Shown: positions 24,711 through 37,600, counted from the first letter of the stretch. The stretch: 64,000 nucleotides of DNA from Mobula birostris (GCF_030028105.1 NC_092371.1:16061764-16125763), one strand, 5' to 3'. The notes: a model not told the origin generated them from the letters alone. Numbers and translations are program-made.

Positions 24711-27673
24711 GGAGGGCCTGAGAAAGAGAAGTGTTGGGTTGAGATCAAAGAGCGGGTGGGGGGTGGGTAGAGGGAGATGAAAGAGAGTTGACCTCAACAG
24801 GCGGCAACACGTCGTATTCACCGGTAGTGCGCTAATGGAAAGCTAACGGGCTAATAAGGTACTTGAGACACAACAATACAATAGGCCTGAACTGATGCGA
24901 TTTATGAAAGTAACAACATGTGTGACGATTCAAGTTGAGTCACAAACAACACAATACAATAGTTGGTAATTAGTAAATATCCCGCATAAACAGAATATTT
25001 TATTAGAATTTAGCAAAAGGTCTTGCTCCATTTATGTCAAACAGTAGAATATGGGAGTGGAATTTGACCATTTTTCCACTCACACTTCTGCGCCTTCCAA
25101 TCATTTAATCATCATTGAATTCCGTTTCAATTCTATTCTTCTGCCTTCTCTCTTCATCCTTAACCTCTTCATCCACAATAACCTGCCACCCAGGCCATGC
25201 TCTTTTATCGCTGCTGCCATCGGGCAGGAGGTACAGGAGCGTTAGATCTCACAGCACCAGGTTCAGGAAGAGTTAATACCCTGCAAAGATCAGGTTCCTG
25301 AACCAACGTATATAACTTCGCCGACCTCAAATCTGAACTGATGGATCTCAAGGTAGCATTAAAGGGACATACTTCCACTTTCATAATAAATTTACTTTGA
25401 TGTTAACTTTGATAAGAACTGGCGCGTATCACGAAAAAACAGCCGCCTTCGCCATGTTCTCTGTATTATTTATTTTCTTATTTATTTATTATCACTTTAA
25501 TACTTTTTGCTGTTCACAATTTATATTACATGTTTGACTGAGGGAGCTGCGAAAGAAGAACCGAGGCGTGATGACACAAATTTATTTGCTCTTTTCGGCG
25601 TTTCGGAGGAGTTAGATACAGATGGATTCCGTAGGCCAGCGAGTTAAGACATGCGGCTAAACACGAGATCGTCTATTGTTGCAGATACAATAACATCATG
25701 CATCGCTCATCAATAGGTTCGGATTCGAAAAATCTTGAGTCTGCTTCCTTTGAGAATCTACCCTGGTCCAGCTCGACCATAGATATCTCGGCCTAGTTGT
25801 CTACACACACGCCAGGGCAGTATGATATGGAGAGCAAGCTGTTGCCATACAGCAGGCTCCCCCTCTCTACACAGCCTATACAGTTTGGCGCCAGTCAGAT
25901 CTGAACTCAACATAGGACTGCCTGAGGGACTCCATATTGAAATATTTCCTCGGGGTTTTCTCCTGAAGTCTTCCCCGTGAGTGGGTATTCTTGAAAGGCA
26001 GCGGAAGTTTGAGATCAAAGGTTCCTTCTCGTACATCAGCTGGCAACCACGGCGAACAAGTCCTATCTGGCCAAAGCAAATGTGTTGACGGTACCAGTAG
26101 GCTGTATTTTCTCTTAATAATCAATAGTGAGGCATTGGATTAATGGAGTATTGGAATATCCCGTCAGTTGAAATAGTTATGGCGCGCTCAGCAGTTAAAC
26201 ATCACGGGAAGTCCAGAATCTAAACTTGGTGGTCAGCGGGTATTTCACACGTACGCCATTAGGACCATTTCATATGTAGTGGGAGCTCATCCCCACGACC
26301 CAACAACCCCTCCTCTCCACCAGATTATGACAAAACTAGGGCTCGTGTGCTTTCTCACGGATCTCTGTAAGTTAATACGTAGATACAATAAAGCAAGCAA
26401 TAGAAGAGAGGTTTACATTAGCGTGTGCTCATGTGTACTTGAACGTTCAACAATGATGTCTGCTTCTTTTTCAGCCTGTCACCCCTACTGCGACCAATGC
26501 TGCCGTGAGCAGCACGCCCGAGTCACCACACGACTTTATACGTCTTCTCGGCCAACGTCCTTCCTCTCCCAGGAATGAGGATTTTGGAGCTTCTGGTGGC
26601 GTTTCTGTACCTCTGGGTTTTTACGCGATAGGTTTGCTAGACTTATTCCCAAACCTTCTCCTTTGCAGACGGGCTTGCGACTGTCCATGGCAATAATAAA
26701 AGGAGCTGGTATGATCAGAATTGGAAAACCGTGTGAGGGTCGGATCTTCCCGGGCAGGATATGTGAAATCACTGACGAAGCGAATATGTCATTAATTAAT
26801 ATGGTTGATTTCCGTATAGAAGGAAACAAAGCAGACCGCGACCGTTTTTTTTTAACGAGAGGCCATCTAACTGAAACAACGGGATAGAAATGGTAGAAGA
26901 ACAGCGGTAATAGTTTTCCTGGTCGGGGTATCTAGAATCAAGTGTCAGTGTATCAGAACACAACTTGTGTCACTGCAGACCGAAATCAAAAAGAAATTTG
27001 ATTTTTTTCTGTGAAGTGGATGATCAGTCGCCAAGTACATTCAAGAAAGGATTTTGAGGGATCTTTACATACAAGAGGAATAGATACATATGGGTTTAGT
27101 GCAGAAACGCGGACCCAGGAAAATTATTACCTACAGTGTTATTTAATGGTAGGGGAGGCGCGATGGTCCAATGACCGAAAGGCCAAATGCTGTCCTCATT
27201 CATGTTGTAATGGCTCACACTGCAGGTCCAAAGCGCCAACAGTTTTCAGGGTGGTGATCGTGTGGCCAATACAGGAGTTGTTGGAGCTGATCCTCGTAGC
27301 GTTTTTGTTAGTCAGATGATGCATTCTTTGCCATTATTTACCCGTACTTACACAACACATTCAGGGTCTCCATCACTCAAGTTCTCAGTATTATAAATTA
27401 ATTTGGTTTTAAATTTGCTCTGTTTGTCTTTCTTTTATTCATTGTTTGTGTATGGTTTTTCATTGATTCTATTCGATTGTTTTGTTCTATTCTAAATACC
27501 TACAGAAAATGAATCTAAAAGCAGTAAATGGACTCCAATGGTTCATTTACTATGGACTCAACTTCAAGGACTCTTCGACTCATAGAGTCATTGACGTTCA
27601 GTCCATAGGCTGCGGAGTCAGTTCAGTTTTAATTACGAGCGAAATTATTTATGTATCAGTCTATCTATCTTTC

Positions 27674-27856
27674 TAACGACAACGGTGCCAAGCTGTATGG
27701 GTCCTAATGCCCTTCCCTTGGACAACATCGGTGGCGTGGAGGGGGGAGACTTGCAGCATGGGCAACTGCTGGTCTTCCATACAACCTTGCCCAGGCCTGC
27801 GCCCTGGAAACCTTCCAAGGCGCAAAGCGATGGTTTCATGAGACTAACGGATCTTT
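27674..27856. mobile_element. Short retroposed insertion (RTE-like 3' end) specific to duplicon 2
   Basis: GC-richer ~180-bp block inside a (TCTA)n tract, absent from the homologous 50950-51000. Family is a guess. Confidence 0.45.
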
Positions 27857-28879
27857 CTATCTATATTTATTTATTATTGTTATTATTATTTGCATCTCAT
27901 TTTCCCAGCTCTCGTTAGTAAACCCTGAGGTACAGGCATACCCAAGCATGCTCATTTGTCAATTACTAAGAACTTCCCGAAGAATCTAGTGCTGCTTAAT
28001 ATCGTGGCTTTCTAAAGATTTACTGAGTAGCTTTAATTGATCAATGCGATTGTGTACTGCCCTTGGGAAAACACCATTAGTAGAAAATACTACCGAGACA
28101 ATGTACACCTTGTCCTGTGCCAAAGTATTTCAATTTCCTCTTTAAATAAAAATAATTATTATTGTATTTCTTCAGTTTGTCTATTGTGTGTCACTCTTTG
28201 TATGTCGGTTTTCATCGATTCTTTTACAAATTTTGTTCTACCCGCTTTCAAAGAATCTACGATCATGATTTCATTATTATATGTTTACTTATTTATAATG
28301 AAAATGATTACTATTTATTTTTCCATTCTCGCAGACTTTTGCACACTGACTGTCAGTCTTTCTGTGTAGTTTTTCATTGATTTTATTGTATGTCATTGTT
28401 TTACTATGAATGCCTGCAAGAAAATGAATCTCTGGATCGGATGCGGCGACATATACATACCTTGATAATAAATTTACTTCGAACTTAAACTTTGATCATG
28501 AGTCGATTTGGATTCATGATTTTTAGCAATCAGCGTTATTTAAATCCAGACAGAAAAGGAAAGTAACAGCGCGTTTATGACATGGTTTTCCAAACGCAGG
28601 AACTGTGCCAGTACATTCATAAGTCTGTTTTGGAGATGGTTACGGTGGTTTTTTGCAGAGAGTAGACTTGGTCGCTCGCTGAGACAGACATTAGCTGCTA
28701 CATGTTGCTAAATGCAGCCGTCAGTCGAATGTCTAAAATCATGTCCACCCCCAATCCCTTTCCTAATTATAGATTAGACCGGATTGCCTTGGATCTTTGA
28801 TATAACATCGCCTATTTTGAAGGCAGAGGTTAATATTTTTACGATCATGGAATTCGCAAACAGTAGATTCCAGAGGACG

Positions 28880-28950
28880 GGTGGTCAGTCTCCGCCCCCA
28901 TCCCGCCTCTGCCCCCTCCCACTCATTAACATCCCCGGTTAATAAAGAGC
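28880..28950 (+). promoter_or_regulatory. Candidate IgL promoter: GC boxes, octamer-like ATTAACAT (28925-28932), TATA-like TTAATAAA (28939-28946)
   Basis: Motifs lie ~110-170 nt upstream of the leader ATG and are conserved in cluster 2. Function is inferred from position only. Confidence 0.5.
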
Positions 28951-29052
28951 CCGGAGTGTCCAGTTTGCAGACACTGGAACCGGAGACGCTCCCGGTGTTT
29001 GCACAACAGCGAACTGTTCGGGTGGAAGTTAGGACGCTCGCTGACTGAAGGA

Positions 29053-29101
29053 ATGTTCCCAGTTCTGCATCTCCTGTGGGCTCTAATGGTCCATTTACCA
29101 G
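29053..29101 (+). CDS. IGL: Ig light chain cluster 1, leader exon (MFPVLHLLWALMVHLP+G, phase-1 intron)
   Basis: ATG at 29053, 16 hydrophobic codons plus one G, then donor GTGAGA at 29102. Splices in frame to acceptor TTGCAG|G at 29246/29247. Near-identical exon in cluster 2. Confidence 0.9.
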
Positions 29102-29246
29102 GTGAGAGGCGGGTTAGTTAACGCACGAATTCTCCACAAAGAAATTCGTTGAAACTTTGAAAGCCACTTTTCTGCGAGCCTTCAGCGATCTATAACACTT
29201 CTGATGGTTGCAAGTCACCTGGTAGTTTTATTGTGTCTTATTGCAG

Positions 29247-29606
29247 GTATCCTGGCGGTCCCAGTCCTCAATCAGACCCCAATGTCCGGTCCTGTCTCCG
29301 CGGGACAGACTGCCCGCTTAGAGTGCCGGCTACAGAACGGGAACGTTGGAAGTTACGATATTGCGTGGGACCGACATCGTCCTGGGATGGGACCCGAGGG
29401 AGTGATATATCATAGCACCGGTAATAGCATTTACAGAGGACCCGGCATCACCGAACGTTTCCAACCGTCCAGAGACACCTCCGCCAACACTCACATCCTG
29501 ACCATCGGCAGCTTGGAGCCCGGCGACTCGGCTGTCTATTACTGCAGAGCGTGGGAAAGTGATGTTGGTTGGTTCTACGGACCGGGGACGATTCTGGAGA
29601 TAAAGA
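29247..29606 (+). CDS. IGL: Ig light chain cluster 1, germline-joined VJ exon (sigma-cart / type I-like)
   Basis: Open frame GILAVPVLNQTP...LEC...W...DSAVYYC-RAWESDVGWF-YGPGTILEIK, ending at donor A|GTAAGT at 29607. Has the Ig V Cys/Trp/Cys landmarks and a contiguous J-like segment with no RSS between them. FR1 PVLNQTP and FR3 RFQPSRDTS..HILTIGSLEPGDSAVYYC match my recollection of shark NS5/type I light chains (not database-checked). Confidence 0.92.
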
Positions 29607-30555
29607 GTAAGTAATCCTCTTGCTCTATATGAAATTACGCTTCCAAAGAAATCTCCATTTCAATCGTGCTGCTAGCTGGCAGAATCGTTCTGTCTCTTTA
29701 GGGCAGAATCCGCACATTCAGTTCGGCACGGTACGTCATTCAGATCCTCGGGAGAACATGATTATCTAATGTCGTGAATTACTTCCGCATATGGTACATC
29801 ATTTGAAGGTTCCCACCCGAGGCAGCACCATTCGAAAGTCCTGTCTTTTAAACCGTTAATCCCTTCCTCATATTCCAAAGGCCGCCAACTTAACTCCGGC
29901 ACTCAGCCCTGAATTTAATATAGGTCAATCAAACCGATGTTATCTGATACGTTATAAGTCAACGCTGTTGCAGTTTGTGACAGAGAATTGCGCCATTGTT
30001 GTCAAATACAATGAGGAATTAGAACAGACACTGAAGCTGAAACACAGAAAAAAGAAACGCTCATCTCTCTGAACCTTTCTGTATCTTCGCCACTTCGTGC
30101 TGCCTTATTAGACGGCGAGATATTGATATCGACATTGCCACTCCAATTCCGGAGGCAACCCCTTCTGTCAACAGCTAAAGCTGAAATATATATAGCCACA
30201 TAATAGATGGAATTTAGATTTGGGGATTTTTAGGTGTCTTCTCCCACACCCATCCCCGACCCTCGCAACCCACCAAGGTACCTCCCTCAGCAAAGAGAAC
30301 AATATCACCAGGCCGGCATCAAATGCGTGCAATTTACCGGACCTGACCTGAGGGGTGGGCAACAGTGTCATGACAGCGTCTATCGGTGGGTCGAATGGTA
30401 GCATTCTGTGCCCAACTTTTCACTGATTGTCTGCATCGTTGGTACATTGAGATCATACTTTGACGGGAGTTCGGTCAGTGTGTGGCGCTGTTTTGGAAAT
30501 GCACACATTAATGTTGATATTTTCCTCCTCCTCCCACCACCTTTCTCACACACAG

Positions 30556-30884
30556 GTAGCGAGAGCAGAAAACCCTCGGTTCTCCTGCTTCCTCCCTCCC
30601 CGGAGGAGACCGGCTTGGGTTCCGCCACTCTATCCTGCCTCGTGAGCGGCTTTAAGCCGGGCTTGGTCGCGCTGCGCTGGAGCGTGGATGGCGTGGAGAC
30701 GGACAGTGGCGTGACCACAGGCGCCGTGTCCACGGACACCGACCAGACCTACAGGCTGAGCAGTTACCTGCGGGTTCCCGCCGCTGCATGGAACAAGGGC
30801 TCGAGTTATTCCTGCAGCGTGAGCCACAGCTCACTGAGCTCGCCACTGCGCAACACCATCTCTTCATCCGCCTGTGCGCAGTAA
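30556..30884 (+). CDS. IGL: Ig light chain cluster 1, constant exon (C1-set)
   Basis: Pyrimidine tract and CACAG|GT acceptor, phase 1 and in frame with VJ. SESRKPSVLLLPPS...ATLSCLVSGFKPG..W.VDG...YRLSSYL....WNKGSSYSCSVSH...SSSACAQ*, with the canonical C1 Cys/Trp/Cys and a C-terminal Cys for the H-L disulfide. Confidence 0.93.
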
Positions 30885-31000
30885 GAGTGTGCCGGCTGGC
30901 AGCTCACGAATACAGTGTAACCCGCACTGGTGCGGTGCAGCCGCCTTCTGCAACGTAGTTCTGTAGCAAATGTCCATTTCTGGGAACACGAAAAATGTTT

Positions 31001-31173
31001 AATAAATGCAGAGATGTATGTTTTGATCGCCAATCGTTTGGTACACGTATTCCTATGTCGAATGTTTCTCACTATGCTGTGTCTGAACTTCTGCTGTTTG
31101 TAGAATGGGGAGATATTCACCAGGAGACGATGCCTGTATTGTGATTGAATTTTGTAACACAGCACTTAATAAA
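31001..31173 (+). terminator. Poly(A) signals of cluster 1 (AATAAA at 31001-31006 and 31168-31173)
   Basis: Hexamers downstream of the C-exon stop. The distal one is conserved in cluster 2. Confidence 0.6.
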
Positions 31174-32799
31174 GAGGCAACTCAGCGGCGGGTTTACAGT
31201 GGCTCTGTCTTTTGTCGGCTGCTCTCTGTGCGTCGAATGAATTAGTAGCGAGTAACATGACGAGCTTGAATTACCTTTCTTAGATTACAGTCCAGTCAGT
31301 TCAAACAGCTTATCCGCCCCTCCTTATCCAAGCCGTTCTCCGTGTACTCCATCTTCAAGGATCAACAATCACCGTTATTCTCCATATGCAGGTCAATGCA
31401 TTAGGAGTTTGCTGTGTTGTGTTGGCGTGACATGAAACAGAACATTCAAGAAATATAAGGAATAATTAAATAAAATTAAAGTTTGAAGTTAAATTCAGTA
31501 TATGGAATAAAATGTGCACAATAAGAGCATCAATGTATAATGTAAGCAACATTATAAAACAAGGTTTAAAGTATTTACAGTGCAGTGCAGACACCGGGAT
31601 AATAGATAGGGTTACTGCAAATGTTTGATCAGATTAAAAGCCTGGGGAAGTAACAAATTGCTGACAGAAATAGTCAGGTCTGGCAGGATCTATGGAAAGC
31701 TCTCGGCTTGAAACGTCGACTGTTTATTCCTTCCTCTCGATGCTCCCTGACCTAATGTGTTCCTCCATCATTTTTTATCTGCTCCAGCATCTGCAGAATC
31801 ACTTAATTACCTGGGGGAAAAGAAAACGTTTAAGGTGATTGCGATGGCGTGAAATGTTTCTCTAAATAGTTCTAAGACGTTCTCCACTAGGTTTTTTTTT
31901 TGAAAAAAGGCAGTTTGCAAGGTGGATAGTGTCTGCAATGATTTGTCCTGCCCGCTTCTTTGTCCTGGACACATGCAAGCACTCCAGTGATGGTCGACTG
32001 GAACCAATGACATCTTCAGTTCATCTTGCAGTTCGCTGTAGATTTTGTTCTTTGTCAGAGGGTGCTGCACCAAACCAGATAGGAATGGCTGATGTGAGGA
32101 TGCTCTCCAGTTAGGAAGTGTAGAATTGCACCTCCCGCCATCACCTGTTCCTCTGCTTATCATTTATCCATCTCGTCCCCCACACTTGTTTATCCGACTA
32201 ATCCTTAAACACCCGCTTTCTCTGCGCCTGAACCACTCCTTGACCTCATCGTGTTCACATTTCAGCCACTCTCTGAGCAAACACTGACCTCCCACATGAG
32301 TGGTGCACTGTAAGTATGTTTCCCCGTGGTCTTCCCACCATCTGAGTTAGTGATTCGCTCAATCCATTCACGCTCAAATCTCAAAGCTTCAAATGCCGAC
32401 TATTCCTCCGTACATCTCGTGGGTGTGGGTGGGGGTAGTGGTAATGGCAATAGGTTATTTAACTACCTAAATCTGTGACCTGACCACATCCGATGGGAAG
32501 TCTCTGCTCCATTTCCAATCCGTCGCTGTTGAGACGCGCTGTCTAGTTCCGTGCACAAAAGTTCTGTCGGAGGAATATTTCAAAGACCGGTGAAGAGGAA
32601 TATAATTATATAATCTACAGTATCAGGGGGTAGATCTCTTTGGGATTCTGGTATATTTCACTGCCATACTGACACTTTTTCATCAAGCCCATTTTATATC
32701 CAATTGGCTACCTCATCGCAAACATATTATATGATCTGCTTGACAAGCCTACTATGAGATGCCTGGCCTAACTTCACCGTGGAAAACACGAGCAAAATG

Positions 32800-33130
32800 C
32801 GGGACGTTCCAGAGGGTCAGGTGCAGGGGTCTGTGAACTCAGCATTACTAGGAAGAAGCTTCTTGGAAAACTGAAAGGTCTGCATGCATATAACCCACCT
32901 GGACCAGTTGATGTACACCCAGGGGCTCTGAAAGTGGTGGCTGAAGGGATTGTAAAGGCATTACTGATGATCGTTCAAGAATCAACTTATTTTAGCATAG
33001 TTTCGGAGGAATGGAAAATTGCTAATGTCACTCCACTCTTCAAGAACGGAGAGAGGCAGAAGGAAGGAAATTACAGGCCAGTTAGTCTGACCTCGGTGGC
33101 TGGAACGATGATGGAGTCAATTGTTAAGGA
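32800..33130 (+). mobile_element. CR1 RT fragment
   Basis: EEWKIANVTPLFKNGERQKEGNYRPVSLTSV motif. Confidence 0.85.
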
Positions 33131-33131
33131 C

Positions 33132-33982
33132 AAAAGCAACAGGAATTCTGCAGATGCTGGAAATTCAAGCAACACACATCAAAGTTGCTGGTGAACGCAG
33201 CAGGCCGGGCAGCATCTGTAGGAAGAGGTGCAGTCGACATTTCAGGCCGAGACCCTTCGTCAGGACTAACTGAAGGAAGAGTGAGTAAGGGATTTGAAAG
33301 TTGGAGGGGGAGGGGGAGATCCAAAATGATAGGAGAAGACAGGAGGGGCAGGGATAGAGCCAAGAGCTGGACAGGTGATAGGCAAAAGGGGATACGAGAG
33401 GATCATGGGACAGGAGGTCCGAGAAGAAAGACAAGGGGGGGGGGGACCCAGAGGATGGGCAAGGGGTATATTCAGAGGGACAGAGGGAGAAAAAGGAGAG
33501 TGAGAGAAAGAATGTGTGCATAAAAATAAGTAACAGATGGGTTACGTGGGGGAGGTGGGGCCTTAGCGGAAGTTAGAGAAGTCGATGTTCATGCCATCAG
33601 GTTGGAGGCTACCCAGACGGAATATAAGGTGTTGTTCCTCCAACCTGAGTGTGGCTTCATCTTTACAGTAGAGGAGGCCGTGGATAGACATGTCAGAATG
33701 AGAATGGGATGTGGAATTAAAATGTGTGGCCACTGGGAGATCCTGCTTTCTCTGGCGGACAGAGCGTAGATGTTCAGCAAAGCGGTCTCCCAGTCTGCGT
33801 CGGGTCTCGCCAATAAATAAAAGGCCACATCGGGAGCACCGGACGCAGTATATCACCCCAGTCGACTCACAGGTGAAGTGTTGCCTCACCTGGAAGGACT
33901 GTTTGGGGCCCTGAATGGTGGTAAGAGAGGAAGTGTAAGGGCATGTGTAGCACTTGTTCCGCTTACACGGATAAGTGCCAGT
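33132..33982 (-). mobile_element. 5'-truncated Penelope-like element with GIY-YIG endonuclease C-terminus and pseudo-LTR
   Basis: ORF 33563-33997: GTYPCKRNKCYTC...GVIYCVRCSRCGLLFIGETRRRLGDRFAEH...VATHFN...EQHLIFRLGSLQPDGMN, the GIY-YIG with CCHH motif typical of Penelope-like elements. Confidence 0.92.
33232..33267 (-). ncRNA. Minimal hammerhead motif (variant GAAATGTC)
   Basis: Reverse complement reads AGTC-CTGACGA-AGGGTCTCGGCCT-GAAATGTC-GACT. One C>T change breaks the ACGU palindrome. Confidence 0.7.
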
Positions 33983-35089
33983 TTCTGAAATGGCCAAAGT
34001 GCGGAGCGAGGGACACTGAAGCTGATCGACAGTTCACAGACTTTAATGCAAACAGTGTTACAAGGAAAATAAAGCAATAAACACTAGGCCAATCAGGGCC
34101 GTTGACTAAAACTCTCAGATGGAAAACGAGGCCTACACTGTGGCTGAAAGGAATACCTAAATTTAAAATGAATACCGCTAGACTTCAGAGTCAGTTGACT
34201 CGACAGTCCAATTTATCAGGCAAGGCCGAATGTAAACAGGAAGCGAAGCGTTGCTGTGTTGTGTTCAAGTCTCCACAAATACCACAACGGAATGAATTGA
34301 GTTAAATATTATCACTATGAAATAATAATTAGCTAAGACGTGCTTATTCACGAGCGCAATTGCCGTATCTGCCGTGCTGCCGAATCCGTGGTTGTGACAG
34401 CCAGAGAGTGGTGAATCAGTGAAATTCGTTCGGACAGGCGACTGTGGAGGCCAAGTCACTGGGTACAATTAAGGCAGAGGATGACAAATTCTTGATGAGT
34501 CGGGGATGAAGGGATGCGAGGAGAAGGCTGGAGAGATTGGAGCTGAGAGGGAAAATGGATCATTCATGATGCAATGGCTTAGCAGGCTCGATGTGTCAAA
34601 TTGACTAATTCTGCTCCGATATCTTATGGAAATATTCTTGACATATTCTGCATGCCGTTTGTCATCTGTTCAAACTTCCCTTCCCCGGACACAATTTCCC
34701 ATGCACATGATCACTATCTCCAATTGCTCCTTACCTTTCCAAAGGCGGGTAGATACTGACCCTAAGAAAATCCTCCAATAACTTGTCTCTACTGGACTTA
34801 CGATCGTAGGCTTCTAGTTCTGTGGCTCTTTCCTGCAGCACTTTAACAAAGCCAAATCGTTAGCCACACACACAGTTTTTGGTACCTCACCCCTGGGTAG
34901 TTATGTTGGAAGACATGTGGGACAAGATGGAGGCAAAGACAAGTTGCCGGAAAGGACATGTCGGAAAGAGTATGAGAGTGAAAATTCAAATGTTTTGTCA
35001 CTGGAAAAAATACGTTTATTACGGATGGAGAACAAGACAGAGACAACCAACCAAAATAAATTCCAAATGAATACAGACGTCTGTTTTCA

Positions 35090-36480
35090 GTAGGCCTCTA
35101 TGTGTACCTGGCGATGCCAATGCAGCCGCTGTATTGCAGGCTTCAGTTAACGATGTGCTCAGGGGCATGTTAAACCAGTGTTTGGTTTTTGTATTTAGAT
35201 GACGTCCTTATCTATTCCCGTTGTCATTGGGAACACACCTAGTCTATCCTCAGAGTCTCAGACGGCCCATCGAAAATAACCTGTACGCCAGGCCCGAAAA
35301 ATATGAGATCGGTAAAGACCAGGTATCGTTTTGGGACTGCATCTTTACCCCATCAGGTGCTCAAATAGACCCTATTAAAATTCAAACAGTTACAAAGTGG
35401 CCCAAACCATCTACAGTGAAGCAGGTACGGTGAATCGTTGGGCTTGCGAACCTCTATCGCCACTTCATACGGTATTTCGTCCCCTTCGTGGGTCTCATAA
35501 TTTATTCACCAGAATGATCTTGGTAGGATTCCTCTGGACAGACGGTGCCGACCATGCATTTTCGGAGTTAAAGCGACGTTTCACCACTGCCCCAATTCCG
35601 CAAAACCCAGACCCATCACAGCCAAGCCAAGAGGGCTCTCTCTTCACACGGTTTAATTCCAGTTCTGCTTATCGTCCAGGAAGCTAGAATAACAAGCTGA
35701 CGCTCTCTCCTGACGGATATGAGGATAATGCCAATCCAGGCGCCATTGATCCTCGCTTGGGGATTGCTGTTCCGGTGATCTAGGTGAGAGCCGGCCAACA
35801 GTCGGACCCAGGCCCAGATGCGGGGCCTTACAGCCAGCTGCTTGTCTCTGTGCAGTGCGTTCCAAACTGCTGGAATGGGGTCATTCCTCCTGTCTGGCTG
35901 AACAACCGGGAATTCAACGGACGCAGGAGCTTATAAAGATTTAATTTTGGGGCCACGTCCATTCCAGGATGTCCACGACTTTGTATCTGCTTTTCCTACC
36001 TGCACTCGGAACAAGACGTCACACCAGCGTCCTGCGGGTCTGCTCTGTCCACTGCCTGTGTCCCACCCCACCCCCCGGTCCCACCTCTCAGTAGATTTCA
36101 TCACCGGTCTGCCCCATCAATGGATGCACTACCATTTTGGTCATTGGGGATCGATTTTCCAAGGCTGCCCACTTCATTGCTCTCCCTCAGCTCCCATTAG
36201 GCCTAGAGACTGCCACACTCATCGTTCAACCTTCGTTCAGTCTCCATGAACTCCCTCAAGACATGGCTGATCGTGGACCACTGTTCACTTCCCGCTTTTG
36301 GGACGTTTGCAGTTCTCTGTAGAAGCCATGGCACGCCTCTCATCTGGTTTCCACCCCCAATAAAATGGCCAGAATGACAGAGTGAGCCAGGAGTCGGAGA
36401 CAACCCTGCGCTGATTTGCTTCTTCCAACCCAACGTCCCACAATAAACTCTAGTCGTCCTCTACGCTGTCTATCTATCTT
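35090..36480 (+). mobile_element. Ty3/gypsy pol remnant (RT YLDD at 35192-35203, RNase H, integrase)
   Basis: YLDDVLIYS; AFSELKRRFTTAP; SHLSVDFITGLP; DRFSKAAHFIALP; DRGPLFTSRFW. Frameshifted. Confidence 0.88.
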
Positions 36481-36609
36481 AGATTGCGTATTGTGTAAAA
36501 CCCAGATCTTATTAGGGAGGGTAATGTAAAAGAAGCTATATGGGGTAGTGATCATAATATGATTGAATTCATACTGCAATTTGAGGGGAGAAGCATAAAT
36601 CGCATGCAT

Positions 36610-37600
36610 CAATATCGCAATGGAAGAAAGGGAATTATAGAGGAATGAGAGAGAAGCTTACCCGGATGGATTGGGGGAGGATACTGGCGAGAATGAGGGC
36701 AGAGTAGAGATGGCTAAAGTTCTGAGAATAATTCAGAAGGCGCAGGATACATACTGTATGTTCTCAAGTGGCAGAGGTAAGCAACCGTGGCTGACAAACG
36801 AAGTTAAGGACTGCATCAAAGCCAAGGAAAGGGCCTTGGCTTTTAAGGTGGCAAAAGTGAGTGGGAAATTGGATGATTGAGAAAATCTAACAAAAGGCAA
36901 CGAAAAAAGCTATAAGAAGGGAAACGACAAAATGGAGTGGCCAATACTAAAAAAACAGAATACCAAATGTTTTTGCAGTTATATGAAGAGTAAAAGGGAG
37001 GTGAGAGTTGATACTAGACCACTGAAAAATGATACTGGTGAGGTAGCAATGGAAGACAAAGAAATGGCAGATGAACTTAATCGGTACTTCGAAAAGAATC
37101 CCAGTAATGAAAGAGGAGCGCTTGATAGCTCTAGGCTTGTACTCTCTAGAGTTTCGAAATTTAATCGTGAGTGGGGGAACTCTCATTGCAACTCATCGAA
37201 TATTAAAAGTTCTGCATAAAGTGGATGCGGGGAAGAACTTTCCTCTCATGGGCTGTCTTGGGCTTGAGCGCACAGCCTCAGATTTGAAAGCCGTCCATTT
37301 AGAACAGAGATGAGGAAACATTTCATTAGCCAGAGAAAGATGAATCTGTCGAATTTATTGCCGCAGACGACTGTGCAGGCCAATTAATCTGGTATATCGT
37401 TAGGCGGAGGTTGATAATTTTTGATTAATCAGGGAATCACAGATGGCGGGGAGCAGACAGTAGAATGGAGTTGAGACTGCGAAAGTATCACCCATGTCAG
37501 AATGGCGGAGCAGTCTCGATGGGCCGAATGGCACATTTCTATTCCGATATCTTATGGTCACATCAATTTGCGATCGTAAAATAGAAACGTACTGGACAAG
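36610..37600 (+). mobile_element. Internally deleted CR1 remnant
   Basis: ORF2 linker motifs (PWLTNEVKDCIKAKE; KEMADELNRYF) fused to the 3' end. Confidence 0.75.

Larger units (their letters stand above)
18810..32052 (+). repeat. Segmental duplication unit, copy 2 (contains IgL cluster 1)
   Basis: Collinear with 41850-55197 through promoter, exons, introns and ~1.2 kb of 3' flank. Confidence 0.85.

Noticed and set aside
29204-29246. ORF-track start MVASHLVVLLCLIA as the signal peptide (also 52307-52349)
   Set aside because: This is the leader intron's pyrimidine tract and acceptor read in frame. The real leader exon is upstream with a canonical donor.
30408-30555. N-terminal extension of the C-region ORF (also 53642-53714)
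   Set aside because: Intronic sequence upstream of the CACAG acceptor.
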